DNA from: Bacteroidales bacterium
Lineage (GTDB): Bacteria > Bacteroidota > Bacteroidia > Bacteroidales > UBA1556
Direction of reading: 5' to 3'
DNA: 55,300 bases
Assembly (NCBI GenBank): GCA_015493685.1
Contig: WGCS01000060.1
Coordinates: 1 to 55,300 of the forward strand
The notes beneath the pieces were generated by a model, which had not been told where the DNA came from, searched no databases, and saw nothing but the letters and a program-made list of their open reading frames with translations. Positions 38,962 through 48,195 of this stretch are shown here, one piece after another; the first letter of the stretch is position 1, and each line of letters begins with the position of its first letter. A program made the translations under genes and the position numbers.

Positions 38962-39726
38962 ATGAAAATTGCTTCTTATAATGTTAACGGAATACGAGCA
39001 GCTGTAAAGAAAGGCTTTTTGGAATGGCTTGAAGCAAGCAATGCTGATGTAGTTTGCCTGCAAGAAACCAAAGCGCAGGAAGACCAGATTCCCATACTCG
39101 ATTTTGCTGCCCTTGGTTATAAAACCTATGCTTTTTCGGCCAAGAAAAAGGGCTATAGTGGTGTAGCTATTTTGAGTAAAATTGAAGCTGACAAGGTAGT
39201 TAAAGGAATAGGCATTGAGAAATATGACAATGAAGGCAGATTTATTCGTGCTGACTTTGGCCCTTTAAGTATTGTAAGTGTTTATCACCCCTCCGGTTCC
39301 TCAGGCGATTTACGCCAAGACTTCAAAATGCAGTGGCTCGATGACTTTCAACAATACGTTTTACAGTTGATCAAAGAACGCCCTGAATTGGTTATCAGCG
39401 GCGACTACAACATTTGCCATGAAGCTATTGATATACACGACCCCAAAAGAAACGCCAAAAGTTCAGGCTTTCTCCCCGAGGAAAGAGAATGGATGAGCAC
39501 TTTCCTTAATAAGGGTTTTGTGGATACTTTTCGTTACTTAAATACCGAGCCTAATCATTATAGCTGGTGGAGCTATCGCGCTAATGCCAGAGCGAACAAT
39601 AAAGGGTGGCGTATTGATTATCACATGATTAGTAAGAATCTACTACCCAGATTGAAAGCAGCTTACATTCAACCCGATACCTATCAGTCGGATCACTGCC
39701 CTATCTTTGTGGAATTGGATAGTTAG
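38962..39726 (+). CDS. xth: Exodeoxyribonuclease III
   Basis: SYNVNGIRA, LQETK, GYSGV, GDYNICH, YSWWSYR, GWRIDY, SDHCP. Confidence 0.95.
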   Translation: MKIASYNVNGIRAAVKKGFLEWLEASNADVVCLQETKAQEDQIPILDFAALGYKTYAFSAKKKGYSGVAILSKIEADKVVKGIGIEKYDNEGRFIRADFGPLSIVSVYHPSGSSGDLRQDFKMQWLDDFQQYVLQLIKERPELVISGDYNICHEAIDIHDPKRNAKSSGFLPEEREWMSTFLNKGFVDTFRYLNTEPNHYSWWSYRANARANNKGWRIDYHMISKNLLPRLKAAYIQPDTYQSDHCPIFVELDS

Positions 39727-39860
39727 ATTCATCAACATTCAGAATAAATTGCTTGCTTACGTTTAAAGTATTAATAAAAGTTATTTTATAAAAATAAATC
39801 TCCTATTAAGGACCAATAATAGTACTTTTGTAACGTTATTTAGTTTGAATTTACATCTAT

Positions 39861-40298
39861 ATGAAGCAACTAAAAATAGTAGGAATAGCAATAGTAGTCA
39901 TTATTTTACTAACAACTACCTGGTCTTGTGGCAAGAAACAGAGTCACAGCACTATTCCCAATGTGGCTGTAAATATTTATTTAGATATGAATTCAACGAT
40001 GTATATTGAACTTAATACCATAGGCGGTTGGGTTTATCTTACCGGCGGCTACAAAGGACTACTCGTTTATCGTGTAGCTGTAGATGAATTTGTAGCCTAT
40101 GATAGAGCTTGTCCGTATGATCCGTTGGAACCTAAAGCTATTATTACAATGGATAAGTCGGGGATTACCTGTTCCGACAGTCTCTGCGGAAGTAAATTCG
40201 GTATTCTTGATGGCAGTATAATTAACGGACCTTCTACCTTACCATTAAAGCGTTACAATACATATTACGATGGGAATACTCTTTCCATAAGCAATTAA
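39861..40298 (+). CDS. Lipoprotein with Rieske-like fold
   Basis: Lipobox TWSC, AYDRACPY, C...CGSKF....G....GP...PLKRY. Confidence 0.65.
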   Translation: MKQLKIVGIAIVVIILLTTTWSCGKKQSHSTIPNVAVNIYLDMNSTMYIELNTIGGWVYLTGGYKGLLVYRVAVDEFVAYDRACPYDPLEPKAIITMDKSGITCSDSLCGSKFGILDGSIINGPSTLPLKRYNTYYDGNTLSISN

Positions 40299-40353
40299 TA
40301 TTTTCGACAAAATATAGTTTTATTTATTCCCTAAAAATGTGCATATTTGTACT

Positions 40354-41361
40354 ATGGCATTTATTACCGGAGCAAGTGGATTATTGGGAGCGCATTTAGC
40401 ATTAAAAATAGTGCAGAGTGGAGAAGAACTGCATGCGTTAAAAAGAGATTCCACCGACCTACAATATATTCATAAAACATTTTTGGCATACGATAGCAAA
40501 GGGCAAGAACTCTTTGATAGCATTCATTGGATAGAAGGTGATTTATTGGACTTTTACTTGCTGGACTCTATTATTTCCAAGGAAAAAGAGATTTATCATA
40601 CGGCCGCAATGGTAAGTTTCGATCCCAAAGATCAGAAGCAAATAATGCAAGTAAATGTTGAGGGCACAAATAACATCATAGAATCGTGCAAACGCTATAA
40701 AGCGCGACTGATATACTGTAGTTCCATTGCTGCATTGGGGAGAGGAAAAGAGGACGAAGAAACAAGGGAAACAGATCTTCGCCTAGCTAACGAAAAAAGT
40801 TCCGTTTACTCACAAAGTAAATATGAAGCCGAACAAGCCGTATGGCGGGGAATAGCTGAGGGACTGGATGCTGCCATAGTAAATCCATCGGTGATATTAG
40901 GCCCCGGGAATTGGAATAAATCCAGTGGCCAATTATTTCGCACCGTTGACAAAGGACTTAAATTTTATACCAATGGGAGCAATGGCTATGTTGATGCTAC
41001 AGACGTAGCTCAAATTATGTATTTGCTAATGAAAAGTACTATTAAGGGCGAGCGTTTTATTGTTTCGGCAGCAAACCTAAGTTATAAAGACTTATTTACA
41101 CAAATTGCTTTATCCATTAATGCTACACCACCAAAATATTTGGCCAATAAAATGCTTTCAGCTTTAAGTTGGCGACTTTTAAAATTACTCAGTATCATCA
41201 GCGGTAAGCGTCCATTAATCACCAAAGAAACGGCTACCAATGCCAACACATTCTACCGTTATTCTTCAGAAAAAGTAAAGCAGACTTTAAATTATAATTT
41301 TACACCCATAGAAGAAAGCATCCATAAAATTGGTGCTCTCTATTTAAATGAAAAAAACTAA
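40354..41361 (+). CDS. NAD-dependent epimerase/dehydratase (extended SDR)
   Basis: ITGASGLLG, HTAAMVSF, SSIAALG, YSQSK, VNPSVILG. Confidence 0.88.
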   Translation: MAFITGASGLLGAHLALKIVQSGEELHALKRDSTDLQYIHKTFLAYDSKGQELFDSIHWIEGDLLDFYLLDSIISKEKEIYHTAAMVSFDPKDQKQIMQVNVEGTNNIIESCKRYKARLIYCSSIAALGRGKEDEETRETDLRLANEKSSVYSQSKYEAEQAVWRGIAEGLDAAIVNPSVILGPGNWNKSSGQLFRTVDKGLKFYTNGSNGYVDATDVAQIMYLLMKSTIKGERFIVSAANLSYKDLFTQIALSINATPPKYLANKMLSALSWRLLKLLSIISGKRPLITKETATNANTFYRYSSEKVKQTLNYNFTPIEESIHKIGALYLNEKN

Positions 41362-41367
41362 CTAATA

Positions 41368-42201
41368 ATGGAAGACATACTAATCACCAAAAAATCCGGA
41401 GAGAAGGAACTATTTGACGAGAACAAATTAAGAAGCTCATTGGAGCATAGTGGTGCCAACAAGAAAACCATCGACAAAGTAATTAATGAGTTAGAGCTCT
41501 ATTTACAAAATGGTATGTCCACACGAAAAATTTACAAAAAAGCTTATTCCATATTAAGCACCGTATCGAAACGAACTGCGGGACGTTACCGGCTAAAAAA
41601 AGCTATTTTAGATTTGGGGCCCACAGGATTTCCTTTTGAAAAATTTGTTAGGGCAATTATTGCCGCACAAGGATACCAAGCCGAAACAGGTTTGATAATA
41701 CAGGGCAAATGTGTACAACACGAAGTAGATGTAGTAGCTAAAAATGAAAAGAAAATAATCATAGTAGAATGTAAATTTCATCGCGAAAGCAATCGAAAGA
41801 GCGATGTAAAAGTCCCCATGTATATCCGTTCTCGTTTTACTGACATACAACTCAAGTGGGAAGAAGAAGACAAAATTAAAGGAAGAGAATACGAACCCTG
41901 GGTAGTAACAAATACCCGTTTTACCGAGGATGCTGTTAAGTTTGGCAAATGCAGTGGGCTGAAACTTGTCTCTTGGGATTATCCCGTTAATAATGGATTA
42001 CGAAATATGATTGACAAGGCAGGATTACACCCTTTAACAAGCCTCAAAACATTAACAAAGAAAGAGAAAACCAATATTTTAAATAATGGTTATGTTCTTT
42101 GCAATCAACTAACAGAAGCTATTTTATTGGAAGCTGATATTCCTGCTCACAAAATAGAGAACGTGCTTTTTGAGGCAAAAACTTTAACCGAAGCCATCTA
42201 A
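41368..42201 (+). CDS. ATP-cone domain plus Mrr-like PD-(D/E)xK endonuclease domain protein
   Basis: ITKKSGEKELFDENKLRSSL (ATP-cone start), GFPFEKF, EVDVVA...IVECKF, VVTNTRFT..A. Confidence 0.75.
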   Translation: MEDILITKKSGEKELFDENKLRSSLEHSGANKKTIDKVINELELYLQNGMSTRKIYKKAYSILSTVSKRTAGRYRLKKAILDLGPTGFPFEKFVRAIIAAQGYQAETGLIIQGKCVQHEVDVVAKNEKKIIIVECKFHRESNRKSDVKVPMYIRSRFTDIQLKWEEEDKIKGREYEPWVVTNTRFTEDAVKFGKCSGLKLVSWDYPVNNGLRNMIDKAGLHPLTSLKTLTKKEKTNILNNGYVLCNQLTEAILLEADIPAHKIENVLFEAKTLTEAI

Positions 42202-42203
42202 TT

Positions 42204-42977
42204 ATGGAAGTAAGAGCGAAAAAACATTTGGGACAGCATTTTCTTAAAGATAAGAATATTGCCCAGAAAATAGCTGATAGTTTACTTTTAAATACTCCTA
42301 CGATACTCGAAATAGGAGCAGGAACAGGAGTACTTACACAATTTCTTAAAAAGAAAGAAAACACAAAGCTATTGGTCTCTGAAGTTGATGACGAATCCAT
42401 TGAATACCTCATTGAAAATGATATTATTAGTAAGGAAGATATTGTGGGTGATTTTTTAAAACTCAATTTAGCTGCATTATTCAAAACCCAAGTGGCTATC
42501 ATTGGTAATTTTCCCTATAATATTTCTAGTCAAATAGTTTTTAAAACCATTGAAAACAAAGAATTAATCCCTGAGTTTGCAGGAATGTTTCAGAAAGAAG
42601 TTGCCGAGCGTATTTGTGCTTCACCGGGAAATAAGCAATATGGAATTATCAGCGTACTAACCCAAGCATATTATAATACCGAGTATTTATTCACTGTTGA
42701 TGAGAATGTTTTCACTCCTCCTCCCAGAGTAAAATCAGGCGTTATCCGCCTAAGCAGGAAAGAAGATTCCAATCTGGGTTGCAACGAGAAGCTCTTCAAA
42801 CAACTTATTAAAACCAGTTTTAATACTCGACGAAAAATGCTAAGGGTAAGTCTAAAAAGAATTATTGGAGCTAATGAAATTTTGAAAGACAGCTTTTATC
42901 AAAAAAGGCCTGAGCAGCTTAGTGTTCAAGAGTTTATAACAATGACTAATGCCATTGAATCTGCTTTGAAATCTTAG
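42204..42977 (+). CDS. rsmA: 16S rRNA m6,2A dimethyltransferase
   Basis: KKHLGQHFL, LEIGAGTG, GNFPYNISS, MFQKEVA, FTPPPRV.S. Confidence 0.97.
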   Translation: MEVRAKKHLGQHFLKDKNIAQKIADSLLLNTPTILEIGAGTGVLTQFLKKKENTKLLVSEVDDESIEYLIENDIISKEDIVGDFLKLNLAALFKTQVAIIGNFPYNISSQIVFKTIENKELIPEFAGMFQKEVAERICASPGNKQYGIISVLTQAYYNTEYLFTVDENVFTPPPRVKSGVIRLSRKEDSNLGCNEKLFKQLIKTSFNTRRKMLRVSLKRIIGANEILKDSFYQKRPEQLSVQEFITMTNAIESALKS

Positions 42978-43429
42978 TTAAAAAGAATAAGATCGACATC
43001 GAAGACAAGCACTGAATTTTTTGGAATGCTTCCTACTTTACGGGTGCCATAGCCCATGGCCGAAGGAATTATCAATTTAATAGCTCCCCCTTCACCAATA
43101 AGAGGAATTCCCAATTGCCAGCCATAAATAGTTTGCCCCAAGTTTAAACGAATGGTATCAGCCTTATCAAATTGTGTTCCATCAGTAAGGTGTCCCACAT
43201 AATTTACCGTAACATCAGAATATGGATTTGGGTGGGTAGTCCCTCCTTTCTTACTAATCACATAGTACATTCCTGAAGTTTTGTATTCCACCGCATTTAA
43301 ATTATTGTCAGCAATATATTTCTCAATAATAATTTTATCCTTATCAGACTGACTTTTTTGGCACGACCAAGTTGTAAACACGACCAAGGCGACTATTAAA
43401 ACTGAAAAAATCTTATACTGATTATACAT
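42974..43429 (-). CDS. FKBP-type peptidyl-prolyl isomerase lipoprotein
   Basis: TWSC lipobox, V.V.Y.G.L.DG..FD, I.GW, IPS..GYG, IP.NS.LVFDV.L. Start placed downstream of TATCTTTG at 43463-43470. Confidence 0.88.
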   Translation of the reverse strand: MYNQYKIFSVLIVALVVFTTWSCQKSQSDKDKIIIEKYIADNNLNAVEYKTSGMYYVISKKGGTTHPNPYSDVTVNYVGHLTDGTQFDKADTIRLNLGQTIYGWQLGIPLIGEGGAIKLIIPSAMGYGTRKVGSIPKNSVLVFDVDLILFN

Positions 43430-43512
43430 AACAACAACTATTAATGGTTTAACATTGAGGAGCAAAGATAAGGCCTTTTATGAATCTATTATCATAGTAC
43501 TCCCAAATGAAT

Positions 43513-43548
43513 AAAAAAAAACCGTCAAGTGTTACTTGACGGTTTTTT
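43513..43548 (-). terminator. Intrinsic terminator after rpmB
   Basis: A-run, CCGTCAAGT-gtt-ACTTGACGG, T-run. Confidence 0.85.
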
Positions 43549-43569
43549 CATAAAAGAAAGACTGCTCTT

Positions 43570-43806
43570 TTAATTAATATATCCTTTAGATTTTGCTTCT
43601 TTAATACAAGCTGAAATACCATTTTTATCAATTTTACGTATTCCTGCAGCAGAAACTTTTAATGTAATATATTTATCCTCTTCAGGAATATAAAATTTCT
43701 TTGTTTGTAAATTTGGGTAAAAACGTCTTTTAGTGCGTGCATTTGAGTGTGCAACATTATTACCTGACATTACTTTCTTTCCTGTTATTTCGCAAATTTT
43801 AGACAT
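43570..43806 (-). CDS. rpmB: 50S ribosomal protein L28
   Basis: [10 protein letters not shown]...GNNV.HS...TKRRF.PNLQ; true start is the internal ATG at 43806. Confidence 0.97.
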   Translation of the reverse strand: MSKICEITGKKVMSGNNVAHSNARTKRRFYPNLQTKKFYIPEEDKYITLKVSAAGIRKIDKNGISACIKEAKSKGYIN

Positions 43807-44063
43807 CTCTATATTCTTTAAATATTTATTTCCAAAAACGGAGTGCAAAATAAGTCAAAATATTTTGATTACACAAGTAATAATATTAAAAATATCTACT
43901 TTTTCCATGTACTACATAATACTCTGAACACCTGATAGTTACCACCTAAATAGAACTAAATCAAATACCTTTTCTAATAAAAACAATCAACGGGAGGCCA
44001 TATTAAGAAGCAATTATTGGCAGACTTGAAAATAAAAAACAGAAAACAATAAAGATAATCTGC

Positions 44064-45311
44064 TTAAAGAAGGTGTTTTCTAACTCTATTGAGTGCTGTT
44101 TGCACCGCCCAAAGGATATTTCTCTCTCGCTGATCGCCAAAATTATATTTCTTGGCAAACACCTCATCTTCTGAGGCCAAGGCAATCCACACTGTTCCCA
44201 CAGGTTTTTCATCAGTGCCCCCATCGGGGCCGGCAATACCCGTTGTAGCCACAGCAATATCAGTATTCATCAATTTGCGTACACCTTTGGCCATAGCCAC
44301 GGCAACCTCTTTACTTACAGCTCCTTTTTCCTCTATTACTCTGGAATCAACAGCTAATGTATTAGCCTTTATCTCGTTGGCATAAGCCACAACACTTCCC
44401 TTAAAATAATGAGAGCTTCCGGGGATAGAAGTAATTTTTTCTGCAATCATTCCTCCGGTGCAACTTTCGGCGGTGGCAATGGTTTTAGATTTATCCACCA
44501 ACATTTTACCTACCACCGCTTCCAATAAATCATCATCATAACCATAAATAAGTTCAGGAATAATCTGCTTAAGGTCATCAATATGTTTCTGCAGCTGGAT
44601 TTGCGCTTGTTCCATAAAATCATCAACTACGGTAATACGCAACCTCACTCTGCCCGGAGAAGGCAGATAAGCCAAGGCTGTATTTGCCGGCAAATTGTTC
44701 TCCCAATCCCCAATTCGCTCTGCCAAAAACGACTCTCCCATACCACTGGTAAGTACGGTTTTCTTTGCTTTAGCTTTCACCTTACAATAGTTGCTAGCAA
44801 AAGGCAATACCCAATCTTTCATTGCAAATTTCATTTCAAAAGGAACGCCGGGCATAAAAACAAAATGAGTACCTTGTTTTTCAAAATGCATTATTGGCGC
44901 TGTCCCTTGCTTATTCTTTATCACCTCACAATTGTCGGGAACCATGGCTTGTAAACGATTTGACTCTGTAAAGCTCCGTCCTCTTTTGGCAAAAAAAGCT
45001 TTTACATATTCTTCAACAGCCTTGTTAAGCACTAACTTACTGTCAAAATAATCACAAATTGTAGCCTTGGTCAAATCATCTTTTGTGGGCCCCAATCCTC
45101 CTGTTACCAGTACTAGTTTCGACGATTTATTACTGTTGGCGAGAGTATTAAGAATCTCCTCTCTATCGTCAGCAATAACAATAATTCTATTCACAGGTAT
45201 CGAAACAGCACTTAACTCATTGGCCATCCAACTGGCATTAGTATTTTGCACCTGTCCTATCAACAGTTCGTCACCGATACTAATAATATCCACTCCTTTT
45301 TGTTTCATCAC
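44064..45311 (-). CDS. cinA: CinA-family protein (MoCF-like domain plus NMN deamidase PncC)
   Basis: IGDELLIGQ...NTNA, GGLGPTKDDLT, PGVP.EM, TAESCTGG, TGIAGP.GG. Confidence 0.93.
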   Translation of the reverse strand: MMKQKGVDIISIGDELLIGQVQNTNASWMANELSAVSIPVNRIIVIADDREEILNTLANSNKSSKLVLVTGGLGPTKDDLTKATICDYFDSKLVLNKAVEEYVKAFFAKRGRSFTESNRLQAMVPDNCEVIKNKQGTAPIMHFEKQGTHFVFMPGVPFEMKFAMKDWVLPFASNYCKVKAKAKKTVLTSGMGESFLAERIGDWENNLPANTALAYLPSPGRVRLRITVVDDFMEQAQIQLQKHIDDLKQIIPELIYGYDDDLLEAVVGKMLVDKSKTIATAESCTGGMIAEKITSIPGSSHYFKGSVVAYANEIKANTLAVDSRVIEEKGAVSKEVAVAMAKGVRKLMNTDIAVATTGIAGPDGGTDEKPVGTVWIALASEDEVFAKKYNFGDQRERNILWAVQTALNRVRKHLL

Positions 45312-46198
45312 TACATTCCAATTATTATATTATCGAGTTGGCGAGGAACAATCGACATCACCGGAATTTTTGATTCCTTAATAAAGGCATTGGCCGAAGA
45401 ACCCATAAAAAGATGAGTAAAATCATCTTCTTGTTGTGTCATTATTATCGCCAGATCAATTTCCTTATGGTTTTGCATATAGGATTTTAAAACGTCAATA
45501 AAAGTTTTTTCATCGCCCTTAGGACGAATTATCTCTCCCTCAACATTTACCCCTTGTTTTTTAATAAACGAAACTACCTGTTTCATCTGAGCAGCCGTTT
45601 GTCTGACCTCAAAGTCGTTATTACTAAATAGGGCTGATACAAGCTGTATATTAGAATTAAAAAGACGAGCAAACTGAATTCCCCAACTAACTTTTTGTCG
45701 CGTTTCTTTACTTAAATCCAAAGGAAGCAGAATATTACTACACCCTTTACTATGGTATTTGTTACTGACAGTTACCACCGGAATTTTTGCAGTTCGTAAC
45801 ACTTTAGAGGTAATGGAGCCTATACTGGGCATTTCTTTTCCATCAACAATGAGCGCTCCTTTACCCATCACTATTATAGAAGCTTTTATTTCATTAGCAT
45901 ACTCAACAATACTGGAATGTACACTTGTTGCATGTTTCAGTTGGTACTCAACGGTAATATTATGTTTTTGCGAAATTTCTTCCGCCTGCTCCCGTAACTT
46001 ATCCTGCACCATAACGCTATATTTCTCTTGCTGCTCCTTATTAATAATATTTCCCAATATTCCTTTTTTTTGTTGTAAAACAAATAACATTACAACAATT
46101 CCTTCAACTCTTTGTGCAATATGCAAAGCCTGATGCAAAGCATAATTTGACTGCTTGCTAAAATCAGTAGGAACTAAAACTTTATAATTTTCATCCAT
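45311..46198 (-). CDS. Tandem universal stress protein
   Basis: VLVPTDFS, IVMG...GS.T..V....PV, second domain ILLPLD...MGS.A......PV. Confidence 0.88.
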   Translation of the reverse strand: MDENYKVLVPTDFSKQSNYALHQALHIAQRVEGIVVMLFVLQQKKGILGNIINKEQQEKYSVMVQDKLREQAEEISQKHNITVEYQLKHATSVHSSIVEYANEIKASIIVMGKGALIVDGKEMPSIGSITSKVLRTAKIPVVTVSNKYHSKGCSNILLPLDLSKETRQKVSWGIQFARLFNSNIQLVSALFSNNDFEVRQTAAQMKQVVSFIKKQGVNVEGEIIRPKGDEKTFIDVLKSYMQNHKEIDLAIIMTQQEDDFTHLFMGSSANAFIKESKIPVMSIVPRQLDNIIIGM

Positions 46199-46651
46199 AA
46201 TATCAATTGATTAATTAGATTACAAAAATACTCATTTAATAATTGTTGGCTATTTATTATTCTTACTATTCGTTAATTTCTATTAGGTTAATATGCCATT
46301 GACGACAGTTTATCAAAATTATACTCCATTTGCTACTACATTCCAACACTACGTTCACAACAACAAAGCGGGCTTATATATTCTTTCCCTCATCAGCATT
46401 AACAGCTGATTATCATTATATTAAACACAAATAATTTACGTAACTTATGCTGTTTTAAAAAATGAAAGTTAAATTCATCCACCTTAAGTACGCGCCCCCT
46501 CTTACAATATCATATTCCTAAATTAATTTTATAAATGCTGATAAATAATAGATTTATCTTTCTCGCAATAGTCTCACTAAGTAGCGAAAGAGCTTCCTAT
46601 TATTAACCTTATAATAATAAGCTATAAGCCTTATACCACCTTAATTTTTAT

Positions 46652-46659
46652 TACTTTTG
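46652..46659 (+). promoter_or_regulatory. -7 promoter element (TACTTTTG) for pyk
   Basis: TAnnTTTG match 23 nt upstream of the ATG. Confidence 0.6.
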
Positions 46660-46682
46660 CCCCTTGAAAAACAAAGACAATT

Positions 46683-48107
46683 ATGATTAAGAAAACCAAA
46701 ATAGTAGCCACCATATCAGATCAACGATGCGACGTAGAATTTATCAGAGAGTTGTATAATAATGGTATGAATGTAGTTCGGTTAAATACCGCACATCAAA
46801 ACCATGAACAAGCGCTCAAAGTAATTAATAATGTACGTGCCGTATCCAATAAAATAGCTATTCTTTTAGATACTAAAGGTCCTGAGATACGCACCAATGA
46901 GATGGAGAAAGACCTTATTGTAAAGCAAGGCGACCTAGTAAAGATAAAGGGCAAACCCCATACAAAAAGTACAGAGGACTGTATTTATGTGTCTTACGCC
47001 AATTTTGTTAATGACATCAAAATAGGGAGTAAAATACTCATTGACGATGGGATATTAGAACTTATCGCCATAAAGCAAGAACGAAACTGCCTAATCTGCG
47101 AGGTGCAAAATAGTGGAAAAATACAAGGGCGAAAGAGCATCAATATCCCCTCAGCCTTGATAAAACTACCCGCAATAACGAAAAAAGACATGGGGTTTAT
47201 TCGTTTTGCAGCAGAGCATAAACTAGATTTCATTGCTCACTCATTTGTGCGAAAAGCAGAAGACGTAATTGCCGTTCAGACTATTCTCGACGCCATGGAA
47301 AGCCCCATAAAAATAATTGCTAAAATTGAAAACAAAGAAGGCGTTGATAATCTTGATGAAATTATAAACCATGCCTATGGGATAATGGTTGCCAGAGGTG
47401 ATTTGGCCATTGAAATAAGCGCTCAAAAACTTCCTGTGGTTCAACGAGAAATGGTAAAAAAATGCGTTATAGCTCGCAAACCGGTAATTGTAGCTACCCA
47501 GATGCTCCACACCATGATTGAGAATCCACGTCCTACAAGAGCAGAAGTTAACGATATCGCCAATGCCATTTTTGAGGGCACCGATGCTGTAATGCTCAGT
47601 GGGGAAACAGCCTATGGGAAATATCCTGTTGAATCAGTTAAGATGATGAATTCCATAGCTCTGGAAGTAGAAAAAAGCATACCCGATTATTGGGATATGA
47701 AAACCAAATTAATTTCCACACATAAAGCAGCATTTATGGTTAAAGCAGCTGTAGAGTCATCATCAGAGATGCCAATAAAAGCTATTCTAGCTGATACTTA
47801 TTCCGGGAAAACAGTACTTGGCCTTTCTGCATATCGAGGAAAAGCTTTGGTGTACGGACAATGTTATTTTGAAGAAACCATGCGAATGTTAGCGCTCTCC
47901 TTTGGAGTTTACTGCGACCTGATTGAAGAAAGCAAAAACCATGCAGGCTTTCTAAAACAAGCCCTAACGAATTTACTTACCAAAGACAACTATCATATCA
48001 GAGATATGGTTGCCATTGTTGCCGGTAACTTTGGGAAAGATGCCGGTGCTTCATTCCTTGAAATTGGACGAATTGATCAATTATTAAAATTTATTGGTGA
48101 AAAATAA
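46683..48107 (+). CDS. pyk: Pyruvate kinase
   Basis: TKIVATI, DTKGPEIR, AKIEN, MVARGDL, ATQML, PRPTRAE, MLSGETA. Confidence 0.97.
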   Translation: MIKKTKIVATISDQRCDVEFIRELYNNGMNVVRLNTAHQNHEQALKVINNVRAVSNKIAILLDTKGPEIRTNEMEKDLIVKQGDLVKIKGKPHTKSTEDCIYVSYANFVNDIKIGSKILIDDGILELIAIKQERNCLICEVQNSGKIQGRKSINIPSALIKLPAITKKDMGFIRFAAEHKLDFIAHSFVRKAEDVIAVQTILDAMESPIKIIAKIENKEGVDNLDEIINHAYGIMVARGDLAIEISAQKLPVVQREMVKKCVIARKPVIVATQMLHTMIENPRPTRAEVNDIANAIFEGTDAVMLSGETAYGKYPVESVKMMNSIALEVEKSIPDYWDMKTKLISTHKAAFMVKAAVESSSEMPIKAILADTYSGKTVLGLSAYRGKALVYGQCYFEETMRMLALSFGVYCDLIEESKNHAGFLKQALTNLLTKDNYHIRDMVAIVAGNFGKDAGASFLEIGRIDQLLKFIGEK

Positions 48108-48195
48108 AGCCTACATCAATACAAACAAAACACATAATTAATGTGAGTCTCAGTGCTCAATAGGTATTAGTTATTTTATATTAAAACATAAAACC

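Noticed and set aside
46293-46409. 38-codon ORF upstream of pyk as a leader peptide
   Set aside because: No supporting motif, and the pyk promoter lies downstream of it
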